The notes: generated by a model not told the origin, from the letters alone. DNA of 64,000 bases from Eubacteriales bacterium (GCA_045119135.1 JBGVCY010000052.1:3621-67620), one strand, 5' to 3'; positions 29,360 to 38,771 are shown, counted from the stretch's first letter. Numbers and translations: made by a program.

Positions 29360-29482
29360 ATTCATTCTCCTTAAAAAAAGATTTGACAGGTGTTCCTCTG
29401 TATGCTATACTATCATCAAATATTGCGCTTTTCAAGGATATTTTTGCTCTATTTTTTGCATTTATTGCGCTTTTGAGGTGAT

Positions 29483-30232
29483 ATGATGTCAAACAACTCT
29501 TTTTACGAGCCGCAACGCGACGTCCAGCACAATCTGGACTGTAACTACCGCAGTCTTGCCACGTCGATCACGCCGCACTTTCATCAGGCGATCGAGATTT
29601 CCTATATTCTGTCGGGCGGAATCGATTTCACCGTGGGCAGCGAAACCGTGACAGTGGGCGAGGGGGATATCACCTTTGTTCCCCCATATGTGGTGCATTC
29701 CTCATCGACAAGCGAGCGCTGTGATGCGGCGGTGCTGATCATCCCACGCCATTATTACGCCGATTTTGAGGCGATGATGGCGGGCAGCAGCTTTTCCTTT
29801 CTTTGTAATAAGGAAGCAAACATACCGATTGCCGCACTGATTGCCGAGCTTGCCGACCGCCAGGAAGCGGGGGGCGGGATCAACGAGATTTTGCTTCGCT
29901 CCTATGCCGACCGCGTGCTGGGGCTGATCGCCGACAGCTATCCGCCAGAGAAAATTGACAGCAAGAACAACGACCTGATTTTAAAAATCATTCATTACGT
30001 TGATGCGCATGCCGCTGAAAATATCACACTTGATTCGATCGCGGCGCACTTCGGTTACAGCAAATACTATTTTTCGCGGCTGTTTCACGCCGCCTTTCAC
30101 TGTTCTCTGCCCACGTACGTGAACGCGGTGCGTGTCCGCCGTGTCGCCAATGCCGACAAGGGCAGAAAGGGTGACCGCATCTTTGATGCGGGCTTCGGCT
30201 CGCTTTCCGCCTACTATCGGGCGAAGAAATAA
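29483..30232 (+). CDS. AraC-family transcriptional regulator (cupin + HTH)
   Basis: N-terminal cupin-like HFHQAIEISYILSG; C-terminal IAAHFGYSKYYFSRLF HTH. Divergent from the oxidoreductase. Confidence 0.88.
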   Translation: MMSNNSFYEPQRDVQHNLDCNYRSLATSITPHFHQAIEISYILSGGIDFTVGSETVTVGEGDITFVPPYVVHSSSTSERCDAAVLIIPRHYYADFEAMMAGSSFSFLCNKEANIPIAALIAELADRQEAGGGINEILLRSYADRVLGLIADSYPPEKIDSKNNDLILKIIHYVDAHAAENITLDSIAAHFGYSKYYFSRLFHAAFHCSLPTYVNAVRVRRVANADKGRKGDRIFDAGFGSLSAYYRAKK

Positions 30233-30320
30233 AGAGGTCCCTTCCAAAAATATGCAACCGTTGTGCGCCAAGGGTCAGGCGACGCAGCTACGGGCGAACG
30301 CTGTTCGCCTGCGAAAAACC

Positions 30321-30357
30321 AAACAGCCTCTCTCGTGCCGAGAGAGGCTGTTTTTTT
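30321..30357. terminator. Bidirectional terminator between the AraC gene and the P-type ATPase
   Basis: AAACAGCCTCTCTCgtgccGAGAGAGGCTGTTTtttt. Confidence 0.8.
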
Positions 30358-32272
30358 ATTGCTTCTGCTCGCCGCGCAGGATGCGCGAGCTGTTCAGCAG
30401 CACGGCAAAGGCGCCGAGGTTATGCAGCACCGAGCCCGCCAGCGCGCTGATCACGCCAAGGGCAGACAGGGCGATCATACCCACGCTGATGCCGATGGAG
30501 AGTGCAAGATTCTGATAGATCGTGCGTCTGGTCTTACGCGCCAGCGAAATGACGAAGGGGATATTTTCGAGATTGTTATTCATCAGGGCAATATCCGCCG
30601 ATTCGATGGCAAGGTCGGAGCCCATGGCACCCATCGCGATGCCGACATCCGCCTCGCGGAGTGCAAGCGCATCGTTGATGCCGTCGCCCACGGCAAGCAC
30701 GCGGTGCTCGCCCTCACCAATGGCACGCAGCTTTTCCAGCTTATCCTGGGGCAGAAGGCGTGCGTACACCTCATCTACACCAAGCGCCTTTCCAATACCC
30801 ACGGCAGGCTCCTCGCGGTCACCCGTCAGGATCACGGTGCGCTCGGCACCAAGCGCGCGCAGGGTCGCCACGGTATCGGCGGCATTCTCGCGCAGGGTGT
30901 CGTTAAAGGAAAGCGCGCCCAACAGCTTGCCGTCACGCGACACCAAGCTGACACTGCCCGACAGCGCGGTGGCGAAGTCGGCAGGAATCTCACAGCCGCA
31001 GTCGATCAGCCACTCGCGGCGGCCAAAGCGTACCACGGCGCCATCCGCACCCTCTCCCTCAACGCCGCCGCCCGACACCTCACGTGCGGTGGATGCCGCC
31101 GTGTAGGCAGGCAGTGCCGCATACTCGGTCACGGCACGCGACACGGGGTGGGTGGATGCCACGGCAACCGAGGCGGCAGCCGAAAGCAGCTCCTCGACAT
31201 CGGTGTCGCCAAAGGGCAACACGTCAACCAGCGCAAGCTCGCCCTTGGTGACGGTACCCGTTTTGTCAAACACCACGGTATCGATTTCGGTCAGCTCTTC
31301 GATAAACTTGGAATTCTTGATCAGCACACCACGCTTGGTCGCCACCGACAGCGCGGCGATCATGGGGGCGGAGCTGACCAGCATCTGCCCGCAGGGGCAA
31401 GAGACCACCAGAATGGCAATGGTCTTGGAAATATCTGCGGTAACAAGTCCCACGCCTGCCGCAACGGCAAGCACAAAGGGAATGTAATAGCCAAGGAATC
31501 GGTCGATCAGGCGCGATTCGGGAACGGCGATATTCTCGGAATTTTCCAGCAGCTGCAAAATCTTGGAGAACGAGGTGTCCACGTGCTCCTTTTGCACCTC
31601 GACGGTAATTTTGCCGTCCAGATTGACAGTACCTGCAAACACGCTATCCCCCACCTTGGCGTGGGCGGGCTGCGGCTCGCCCGTCAGTGATTTCTGGTCG
31701 ATATGAGTCTCGCCCGCGATCACCACACCGTCGATCGGGATGCCTGCACCCGGTTTAATGACGATATGCTGACTCACGCGCAGCGTATCCACGGGAACGG
31801 TGGTTTCTACACCGTCCACAAGCAACAAGGCGGTGGTCTGCTGCATATTCTTCAGGCCCTCGATCACGTCTCTGCCGCCCATGATGCTGCGCTCCTCAAG
31901 AAGATGCACAACATTCAGGATCAACGGAATGAGCAGTGCCAAGATCAGTTCCTGGTTAAAGACACACGCAACAATCGCGATGCCCACCAAAATCTCCATA
32001 GCGTTGGTCAGATTTTTGGTAAACAGACCCTTCACGCCCGACACGATCACGGGCACGCCCTCAATCAAAAAGCCGATGAAATACAGCAGCTGCGGCAGGA
32101 TGGAATCCCCCCTGCCAAGCACGTAGGTATATATGAGACCCACCGCCAGAAGACAAAGCGTTGCCGCGCCGCAGATGATATCGCGCGCAAGCTTGTGTCT
32201 GCCCTTTTCGGTCAGGTTATCCCGCGAAAGGGCCTCAAGGCTGTTACGCCCCATATGGTCAATATTTTCCAT
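30356..32272 (-). CDS. P1B-type heavy-metal-translocating ATPase without an N-terminal metal-binding domain
   Basis: 638 aa; SCPCGQM (CPC), DKTGTVT, STHPVS, GDGINDALAL. There is no GMTCxxC HMA domain. Last gene of the SPFH operon. Confidence 0.92.
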   Translation of the reverse strand: MENIDHMGRNSLEALSRDNLTEKGRHKLARDIICGAATLCLLAVGLIYTYVLGRGDSILPQLLYFIGFLIEGVPVIVSGVKGLFTKNLTNAMEILVGIAIVACVFNQELILALLIPLILNVVHLLEERSIMGGRDVIEGLKNMQQTTALLLVDGVETTVPVDTLRVSQHIVIKPGAGIPIDGVVIAGETHIDQKSLTGEPQPAHAKVGDSVFAGTVNLDGKITVEVQKEHVDTSFSKILQLLENSENIAVPESRLIDRFLGYYIPFVLAVAAGVGLVTADISKTIAILVVSCPCGQMLVSSAPMIAALSVATKRGVLIKNSKFIEELTEIDTVVFDKTGTVTKGELALVDVLPFGDTDVEELLSAAASVAVASTHPVSRAVTEYAALPAYTAASTAREVSGGGVEGEGADGAVVRFGRREWLIDCGCEIPADFATALSGSVSLVSRDGKLLGALSFNDTLRENAADTVATLRALGAERTVILTGDREEPAVGIGKALGVDEVYARLLPQDKLEKLRAIGEGEHRVLAVGDGINDALALREADVGIAMGAMGSDLAIESADIALMNNNLENIPFVISLARKTRRTIYQNLALSIGISVGMIALSALGVISALAGSVLHNLGAFAVLLNSSRILRGEQKQ

Positions 32273-32284
32273 ACAAAAGCCCCC

Positions 32285-33226
32285 TTACGGATTGATAAAT
32301 ATCTTGGAATTTTCATCCTCGACGGCAATGACCCGCGAGAATCTGGCAATCGCCTTCATAATCTTTTCGGAATACACGCGCGCTTCCACGGCGGCAGGAG
32401 AGATCTTGTAGTCATCCAGCAGGCCCCAGAATTCGGAAAGATAGCTGTTTGCCGCCGCAATCTGCGTGCTTTTTTGCGAATTGGCGGTAGCAATGGCGGT
32501 AGCCCTTTCCTCCTTTGCCGAGGGGATGACCTTTGCGGCGTACTGATTTGCCTCTTCCTCGATGGTGGCGGCGCGCACAACGGCGGCATTGACCTGATCG
32601 TAAATGTCACGCACCTCCTCGGGCATTGCCACGTACGTCAGCTCGACCGTACCAAGCGACACGCCAACCTCCAGCTTTTCCAGCTTTTCGGTGGCACGCT
32701 CCAGCACCGCAGCAGAAAACTCTGCCTTTTTGTCGGTAAGAAGGCTATCCACCTCGATGCCTGCCGCTTCGGAAAGCATCGCGTTACTGACGGTTCCCTC
32801 GATGATCGCGGCAATATCCTTCACGTGCAGGGCATATGCCACGGGATCGGAAATGGTATATTTGACCGATGCCGACACCACGGCAACGTTATTATCACCC
32901 GTTAAAAGGTAGCCTGCGTTATCGTTACCGATGATCTTGCCGCTTGTGTAATAGGTGGTAATGCTTTGCTCGATTACACTGCCCGTGGGCACGGTGATGA
33001 CCTCATCGATGATATACGGCAGGGCGAAATGCAGACCCGGCTCGCGCACCTGCTCCTCTTTGGTGTCGCCCACCACCTTGCCAAAGCGCAGCACCACGGC
33101 AACATTGCCGCTTTCCACCACGCGGATGCAGGATGCTAAGATCAGCAGCACCACAACGCCGATGAGGATAAAGAAATACTTGGTAACACTTTCTAAAATG
33201 TCACCGACCAGCGTTTTCTTTTTCAT
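32285..33226 (-). CDS. SPFH/band-7 domain protein (third paralog)
   Basis: N-terminal TM, then IRVVESGNVAVVLRFGKV...EPGLHFALPYIIDEV, and a C-terminal Ala/Glu coiled-coil. Confidence 0.8.
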   Translation of the reverse strand: MKKKTLVGDILESVTKYFFILIGVVVLLILASCIRVVESGNVAVVLRFGKVVGDTKEEQVREPGLHFALPYIIDEVITVPTGSVIEQSITTYYTSGKIIGNDNAGYLLTGDNNVAVVSASVKYTISDPVAYALHVKDIAAIIEGTVSNAMLSEAAGIEVDSLLTDKKAEFSAAVLERATEKLEKLEVGVSLGTVELTYVAMPEEVRDIYDQVNAAVVRAATIEEEANQYAAKVIPSAKEERATAIATANSQKSTQIAAANSYLSEFWGLLDDYKISPAAVEARVYSEKIMKAIARFSRVIAVEDENSKIFINP

Positions 33227-33229
33227 ATC

Positions 33230-34327
33230 TTATCCCTCCGGCATCGTAATGCCGTTCTTTGCCGCCGCTTCCTCGATCAGCTCGTTCACGCCGTCGATGA
33301 TGGCTTGACGCTGGGTATCGTCCAGCTGGCTTAAGATATAGGTCAGATCGTGGATTACCTTATCGCCATCCTCGTCGGTCATATAATCCGAGTAATCCAG
33401 CAGAATGTTGAAGGGGTATTTATTGATGTTGACCACCAGCACACTCGAGGAATTGACAGAGGAAACAAGGGTATCCAGATTGCGCAGGAACTGATACAGA
33501 TCGATGTTGGCGTTATAGGCGTTGTTGTAAATTTCGGTCACAGCCTTTTCTGCCTCGGCGCGGATCTTTGCCGCCTCGGTCGTGCCCTCGCCGCGGATCT
33601 TGGATGCCTCGGCATCTGCCTCGGTGGTGATGTCGTTCGCCTTCAGATAGGCATTGGCAAGGATGATATCGATCTCCTTCTGGCGTTCTGCCTGCATCTG
33701 CTCGAACACGCTTTCCAGCGTGGCATCGGGCAGGGAGAACAGAAGGAAGCTGACGTCGGTCACGCGGATGCCGTAATTTTCAAGGCAGACCTCACGCACG
33801 GCGGCATAGATCTCGTTCTGGATCTGATCGATCTTGATCTCCTCTTGATCAAGCGAGACAAGATTGGTCAGGTTATATGTACCAAGCGTGCTGTTGGTGG
33901 CGTTGAAGACCTGACTGTTCAGCTTTTGCTCGGCGGTGCTGTTGAAGCCCACGCTGTTGTGATACAGCACGGGGTCGGCAACCTCCCACGTGACGAACGA
34001 GCGCACCACGATGTTGCGCTTATCCTTGGTCATGGTCTCAAGGTCGCCGGTTTCCAGATACTGCACGCGGCCGTCATAGGTAACCGAGGTCTCGAAGGGC
34101 CAGGGGAGCTTGAAGTAAAGACCCGCATCGGTGATCTCTTCACGAACGGCGCCAAAGCGCAGGATCACGGCGGTCTCGCCCTCTCTTACCTCGCAGGTGC
34201 AGCCAAACCAGAACAGCACCAGCACCACGGCAAATGCCGTGACGTATTTTGCGATCCTGATACCGAGGGGCGAGCGCGTCTTTTCAACGGTCTCTTTCCT
34301 TGCGGCGATTTTCTTATCGTTATTCAT
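33230..34327 (-). CDS. SPFH/band-7 domain protein (HflC-like)
   Basis: N-terminal TM, then EVREGETAVILRFGAVREEITDAGLYFKLPWPFETSV...TKDKRNIVV. Confidence 0.85.
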   Translation of the reverse strand: MNNDKKIAARKETVEKTRSPLGIRIAKYVTAFAVVLVLFWFGCTCEVREGETAVILRFGAVREEITDAGLYFKLPWPFETSVTYDGRVQYLETGDLETMTKDKRNIVVRSFVTWEVADPVLYHNSVGFNSTAEQKLNSQVFNATNSTLGTYNLTNLVSLDQEEIKIDQIQNEIYAAVREVCLENYGIRVTDVSFLLFSLPDATLESVFEQMQAERQKEIDIILANAYLKANDITTEADAEASKIRGEGTTEAAKIRAEAEKAVTEIYNNAYNANIDLYQFLRNLDTLVSSVNSSSVLVVNINKYPFNILLDYSDYMTDEDGDKVIHDLTYILSQLDDTQRQAIIDGVNELIEEAAAKNGITMPEG

Positions 34328-34347
34328 ACGGTTTTCCTCCGTTCCAC

Positions 34348-36132
34348 TTAGTTCAGCTTGCCAATATAAAGATTGGCGGTATTCACGCCGTCGCCCACCA
34401 GAACGATGGTGGCGTTGCCATAGGCATCGGTGATGGCGCCCAGATACTTTTCATATCGGTAAAAATCGGGATACGCCTTGTCCGCCTCGACAGCGGCAAG
34501 GAACTCGGCAACCGAGCCGTGTGCCGCGGCGATTGCCATATTCTTTTCGGCAGTTGCCACACCGATCAGGGTCGTTTTGCCCGTGTTGGCGGAGATCAGC
34601 GCCTCGGCGGCGGTTGCCTCTGCCATCAGGATGATGCGCTCGGCATCGATGCCCGCACTGAGCAGCTTCTGATAAATATCGGCGATCTCGACGGGGGGAT
34701 GGATGCTTTCCAGCACCACGCCGACCACCTCAAGCCCGAGCTCGCGCTCGGCGGCACGCTCGCGCAGCTCGGCGCACATATCGTCGGCAAACGCCACGCG
34801 GTCGGTAGCAAGCAGGGTGTCAAGGTCGGTGCTGATGGTACGCATCGTCAGCGCCTCGTACGCCATCGCCTGCAAAATCGATTCGGGGGCGGCACTGTTT
34901 TTGAGGTAGGCATTCAGGTCGCCGATCTTGTATTCCACGCGCAGGTTCACCGAAACCAGCTCCTCGCCGCCGCCAAGCAACAGGCGATGCTCCTCGGTGC
35001 CGTGCTCTGCCGTCCACAGGTTGTCCATACTGTCATCGGTCAGATAGCCGATGGTCATTTGCTGTACCTTACCCGTGTCATAGACCTCGACACGGTCGAA
35101 GGGCCAAGGCAGTGTGAAGTGAATGCCTGCCGTCAGCGGCTTGTCGGATAGCTTGCCCAAGCGGTAGTGCGCGCCCTGTTCAGAGGATTCGATCTGCACC
35201 ACGCCCGACGTGCCCCAAAGGATGACCAGCGCGGCGATAAAGGCATAGGGAATCACGGTCTTGACAAGACGGATGCTCCACAGCGAGCGCATTGTGATGC
35301 CCGTGTGCTTTTCGAGATACGAAAGGAACCCAAGGTCGGCGCCACCCACGCCCGGAACGGGCACCGAAAAATCGGGGACGGTCGACAGCTCGCGGCGAAT
35401 CAGACGAACGACCAGCGAGAGCATAAGGAAAAGCGTTTCATAGGCAAACAGCACCGCCAGCAGGATCACCGCGATCTTGGCAGGGTTATAGGTGCCAAGC
35501 AGGCGGATCACGGCGGCAACGGCGACGATCACCGTGCCGATTTTGGCAACGGCGGCAGCCGAGCGCAGGCTGTGCAGCAGTGCCACAATGTAGGTGTCGG
35601 CAGGCGACAACTCCTCGCCCTCGACGGCGACGGGCGCGCTGTGCTTGCACCACTTATCCAGAATGGTTAAGATCACGAAAAGGGCAAGCAGCAGCACAGG
35701 CACGGTATAGCCGAAGCGAACGGTCGGCAGGTCCAGCCTGCATTTTAACCAGAACATGATATTGGTGCCGATCAGCACAAGCGTCCACAGCACCGCCACG
35801 ATGGTATCGCGCCGACGCGCGTAGGCGTTATGCGCGCGAATGCGTGCGCCCGCGCGGCGCGCGGCGCGCTTTTGGCGGCGAAGCGTTTTTTTGTCAGCCG
35901 AGGCTTCAGGCGCCGCATCGGCAGGCTTTTCAAGCACTCTGCCAAAGGGCAGAAGCAGCACCAGCGAAATGGCAAACGGCGGCAGACAGCAAAGGGCAAG
36001 CAACAGAAGCGGCAGATAACTGATACTGCTGTAAAACAGCAACAGCACCGCCGCCGAAGCTGCAAGCAGCAACGCGGCGATCAGCGCCGTTTGCCGATTG
36101 CCCTTCGGGCGTTTTTGAGGCTTTCGATCCAT
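34348..36132 (-). CDS. Polytopic membrane protein with C-terminal HflK-like SPFH domain
   Basis: 594 aa from the ATG at 36130-36132 (AAGGAGGAG RBS). About 7 hydrophobic helices, then VVQIESSEQGAHYRLGKL...GIHFTLPWPFDRVEV and a coiled-coil tail. Confidence 0.8.
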   Translation of the reverse strand: MDRKPQKRPKGNRQTALIAALLLAASAAVLLLFYSSISYLPLLLLALCCLPPFAISLVLLLPFGRVLEKPADAAPEASADKKTLRRQKRAARRAGARIRAHNAYARRRDTIVAVLWTLVLIGTNIMFWLKCRLDLPTVRFGYTVPVLLLALFVILTILDKWCKHSAPVAVEGEELSPADTYIVALLHSLRSAAAVAKIGTVIVAVAAVIRLLGTYNPAKIAVILLAVLFAYETLFLMLSLVVRLIRRELSTVPDFSVPVPGVGGADLGFLSYLEKHTGITMRSLWSIRLVKTVIPYAFIAALVILWGTSGVVQIESSEQGAHYRLGKLSDKPLTAGIHFTLPWPFDRVEVYDTGKVQQMTIGYLTDDSMDNLWTAEHGTEEHRLLLGGGEELVSVNLRVEYKIGDLNAYLKNSAAPESILQAMAYEALTMRTISTDLDTLLATDRVAFADDMCAELRERAAERELGLEVVGVVLESIHPPVEIADIYQKLLSAGIDAERIILMAEATAAEALISANTGKTTLIGVATAEKNMAIAAAHGSVAEFLAAVEADKAYPDFYRYEKYLGAITDAYGNATIVLVGDGVNTANLYIGKLN

Positions 36133-36246
36133 TTTATCTCCTCCTTTGGGATAACATCGCGCAACCGCGGCAATGCCGCGGTTGCGCTTCGCAAAACACA
36201 ATGATGACCCGCGCACACGCGCGCTTTGTCCAATAGAGATAAAAAT

Positions 36247-36276
36247 ATTATAACACTATGCTCTATTGTTTGTCAA
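36247..36276 (-). promoter_or_regulatory. Consensus sigma-A promoter of the SPFH/ATPase operon
   Basis: Minus-strand TTGACA-18 nt-TATAAT, flanked by the inverted repeat CAATAGAG (36231-36238) / CTCTATTG (36261-36268). Confidence 0.6.
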
Positions 36277-36301
36277 GAATAACAGAAAAGGAGCGCTACA
36301 C

Positions 36302-36335
36302 AAAAAAGCACCGCGCAAAGCGCGGTGCTTTTTTC
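36302..36335 (-). terminator. Terminator after the SDR gene
   Basis: aaaaaaGCACCGCGCaaaGCGCGGTGCtttttt. Confidence 0.8.
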
Positions 36336-37053
36336 AAATGGCGAAGCCGCCGTCCACTCCAAGGCACTGACCCGTGACGAAGGATGCGGCATCCGATGCA
36401 AAAAACTGCACGGCGGCGGCAACGTCCTCGGGGGTGCCGATGCGGCAAAGGGGCGTCGCCTCGATCAGTGCCGAGCGCGTGTCGGCATCCAGCGAAGCGT
36501 TCATTTCGGTGTCGATCACACCGGGCTCAACGCAGTTCACGGTAATGCCCGAGGGCCCCAGCTCCTTGGCAAGCGCCATACACATACCGCGCAGTGCCGC
36601 CTTGGATGCCGAGTACGCCACCTCGCAGGATGCGCCGACCTTGCCCCACATCGAGCCGATAACGATGATACGCCCCCTGCCCGCGGCGATCATATCGCCC
36701 TGCAGCTCACGCGCCAGGTAAAAGTGACCCGACAGATTGGTGTCGATGATACGGCGCCATTCGGCATCGGTCACGTCGCGTGAGAGCGCGATCGAGGAAA
36801 CACCCGCATTCCCCACAAGGATCTCTACCCCGCCGCCAAGCGCCGCGCGCGCGGCGGCAACGGCGGCGCGCACCTCGTCAGGCGAGGAAATATCGCACCG
36901 AATGGGGGTGGCACCTGTCTCGTTTGCCACCCGTTCGGCGGCTTTTTCATCAGAACGGTACAAAAACGCCACACGTGCACCGTCCGCCGCAAAGGCGCGC
37001 ACCAGAGCGGCACCAATGCCGCGCGAGCCGCCTGTGATCAATACTCTTTTCAT
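36334..37053 (-). CDS. SDR-family oxidoreductase (FabG-like)
   Basis: MKRVLITGGSRGIGAAL, NAG, and YSASKAAL catalytic motif. The upstream extension of track ORF (to 37113) reads into the repeat element. Confidence 0.9.
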   Translation of the reverse strand: MKRVLITGGSRGIGAALVRAFAADGARVAFLYRSDEKAAERVANETGATPIRCDISSPDEVRAAVAAARAALGGGVEILVGNAGVSSIALSRDVTDAEWRRIIDTNLSGHFYLARELQGDMIAAGRGRIIVIGSMWGKVGASCEVAYSASKAALRGMCMALAKELGPSGITVNCVEPGVIDTEMNASLDADTRSALIEATPLCRIGTPEDVAAAVQFFASDAASFVTGQCLGVDGGFAI

Positions 37054-37080
37054 ATCCTTCTCCTTATCAATCGTGTCAGC

Positions 37081-37208
37081 AGCCTTCCCCTTGAGGGGAA
37101 GGTGGCAAACCAAAGGTTTGTCGGATGAGGTGTTATCTCATTCAAGCATCCGCCTCGGGGCTACACCTCATCACCCGCTCGCGCGGGAGCTTCCCCTCAA
37201 GGGGAAGC
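37081..37208. repeat. Palindrome-capped structured intergenic repeat (REP/MITE-like), full copy
   Basis: CCTTCCCCTTGAGGGGAAGG ... CAAACCaaaGGTTTG ... GGATGAGGTGT-29 nt-ACACCTCATC ... CCCGCtcgcGCGGG ... CTTCCCCTCAAGGGGAAG. There are five nested or serial hairpins. Confidence 0.75.
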
Positions 37209-37212
37209 CTTG

Positions 37213-38646
37213 TCACAAACCCTTCGGCGGGCGTCTGACCTCAAACATAGCAAAATCGGCGCGCAGGCGCTCGCCAAGCGCCTGATGTGCCTTTTGGGGA
37301 ATGCGCTCCCGCGCAAATGCCGACAGGTGCGTGAACAGATCGCGCTGTGAGATCTTCTGCAACGGCTTGCCTGTTGTCTTTTCCAAATACGCGGAAAAGC
37401 CCTCATAGAAGGCAAACGGGGTGAAATACGCGGGCATCAAGAGATCCAGTGTATGGGGAAAGCGCCCGCTGTCGCGCAAGCGCTCCATCAAATCGGATAC
37501 CGCGTGCAGGCGCACAAGCTCGGCAAACGACAACTCGTTGGTGGAAAGCACCTCATATGGCGGCGTTTTGGAGTACCGTATGCCATATTTTTGCGCATCG
37601 CGGCAAAGCGCCGTGCCGTGCAGAATTTTCAAAAAGCCAAGCTGCAACACGTGCGAGGCAAAGTACGCGCTGTCGAACGAGTGCGCAAAGGATGCGTAAT
37701 CCTCGTACGGCAGTCCTGCAATCAGGTCAAGATGCACGTGGGTATTTCCCGCCGCCACCAAACGGTGTGCAACCGAAAGCACAGCATCGGCATCGGTGTG
37801 CCGTGAAATGGCGGCAAGCGTTTTTTTGTTGGTGGATTGCAGACCGATCTCAAGCCGCACCTTGCCCGCAGGAAACTGCGACAGAATATCTATGCTCTCG
37901 TCATCCAACAGATGCGCGGCAATTTCAAAATGGTAGCACTTGGTATAGGATTTTTCCAACAATCCGCGCCAGATGGTTTTGGCGCGCTCGCGGTCAAAAT
38001 TGAAGGTGCGGTCGACAAGCTTTACGGTCAGTGGGGTATCAAACGTCTCAAATTCGGCAAGGTCTGCAAGGGTCTCGGCGGCGGATTTGGCGCGCACGCC
38101 CTCGACAGCCGAGGAAAGGCAGAAGGCGCACGAAAAGGGACAGCCGCGCGACGATTCGTAATACACAAGGCGCGGCACCTGCTCTCCCCTTTGATAGGCG
38201 ATGCCCTGTGCCAAAAATTCCTTGTACGGCTTACCCGCGATCACGCGGGGCAGCTGCTTGCCTGCGGCAAGTACTTGGGCGGCGGTGACGATCGCCTCTT
38301 CCCCCTCGCCCGTGATCACGCAATCCACAAAAGGAAGTGCCGCAAAGCGCTCGGTGTCAAACGACACCTCGGGACCGCCCAGCACGATGCACGCATCGGG
38401 GCGCAGGGTCTTCAGATCCTCAGCAAGGGTCAGCATATCGCCAAGATTCCAGATATAGCAGGAAAAGCCAAACAGCGTGGCATCCGACGCCGCCAGACGG
38501 GAAAGCACACTGCGCGTGCGCTCGGCGGGAGTTGCTTCATATATTTCATATGCACAGCCCGCGCGTGCCAGCGCGCCGCCGAGCGCGCGCACCGAAAGCG
38601 CCGAGTGTGAATAGGATGCGTTCAACGCAAACAGCAGGGTCTTCAT
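37213..38646 (-). CDS. B12-binding-domain radical SAM protein (DUF4080-type C-terminus)
   Basis: MKTLLFALNASYSHSALS... N-terminal B12-binding-like domain and SRGCPFSCAFC radical-SAM cluster. ATG at 38644-38646. Confidence 0.88.
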   Translation of the reverse strand: MKTLLFALNASYSHSALSVRALGGALARAGCAYEIYEATPAERTRSVLSRLAASDATLFGFSCYIWNLGDMLTLAEDLKTLRPDACIVLGGPEVSFDTERFAALPFVDCVITGEGEEAIVTAAQVLAAGKQLPRVIAGKPYKEFLAQGIAYQRGEQVPRLVYYESSRGCPFSCAFCLSSAVEGVRAKSAAETLADLAEFETFDTPLTVKLVDRTFNFDRERAKTIWRGLLEKSYTKCYHFEIAAHLLDDESIDILSQFPAGKVRLEIGLQSTNKKTLAAISRHTDADAVLSVAHRLVAAGNTHVHLDLIAGLPYEDYASFAHSFDSAYFASHVLQLGFLKILHGTALCRDAQKYGIRYSKTPPYEVLSTNELSFAELVRLHAVSDLMERLRDSGRFPHTLDLLMPAYFTPFAFYEGFSAYLEKTTGKPLQKISQRDLFTHLSAFARERIPQKAHQALGERLRADFAMFEVRRPPKGL

Positions 38647-38744
38647 AGGCGCTTCCTTTCTTTTTGCTTTCATATCGTTTTTATTATAAACCGCAAAAAA
38701 GAGGTTGTCAAGGCGGGCGTGCGGTGCAAAAAACAAATCGTGGA

Positions 38745-38771
38745 ATATTTTGCGTGCCTTTCACATATGGT
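38745..38771 (+). promoter_or_regulatory. Sigma-E-like sporulation promoter upstream of the spoIIIAH-like gene
   Basis: ATATT-14 nt-CATATGGT, compared with my recollection of the B. subtilis sigma-E consensus (ATATT-14-CATACA-T). Confidence 0.4.

Noticed and set aside
30263-31690. 475-aa ORF antisense to the P-type ATPase (similar shadows exist across the SPFH genes, e.g. 33350..34351 and 34300..35151)
   Set aside because: They lie opposite genes carrying DKTGT/GDGINDA or SPFH signatures. They are antisense shadows.
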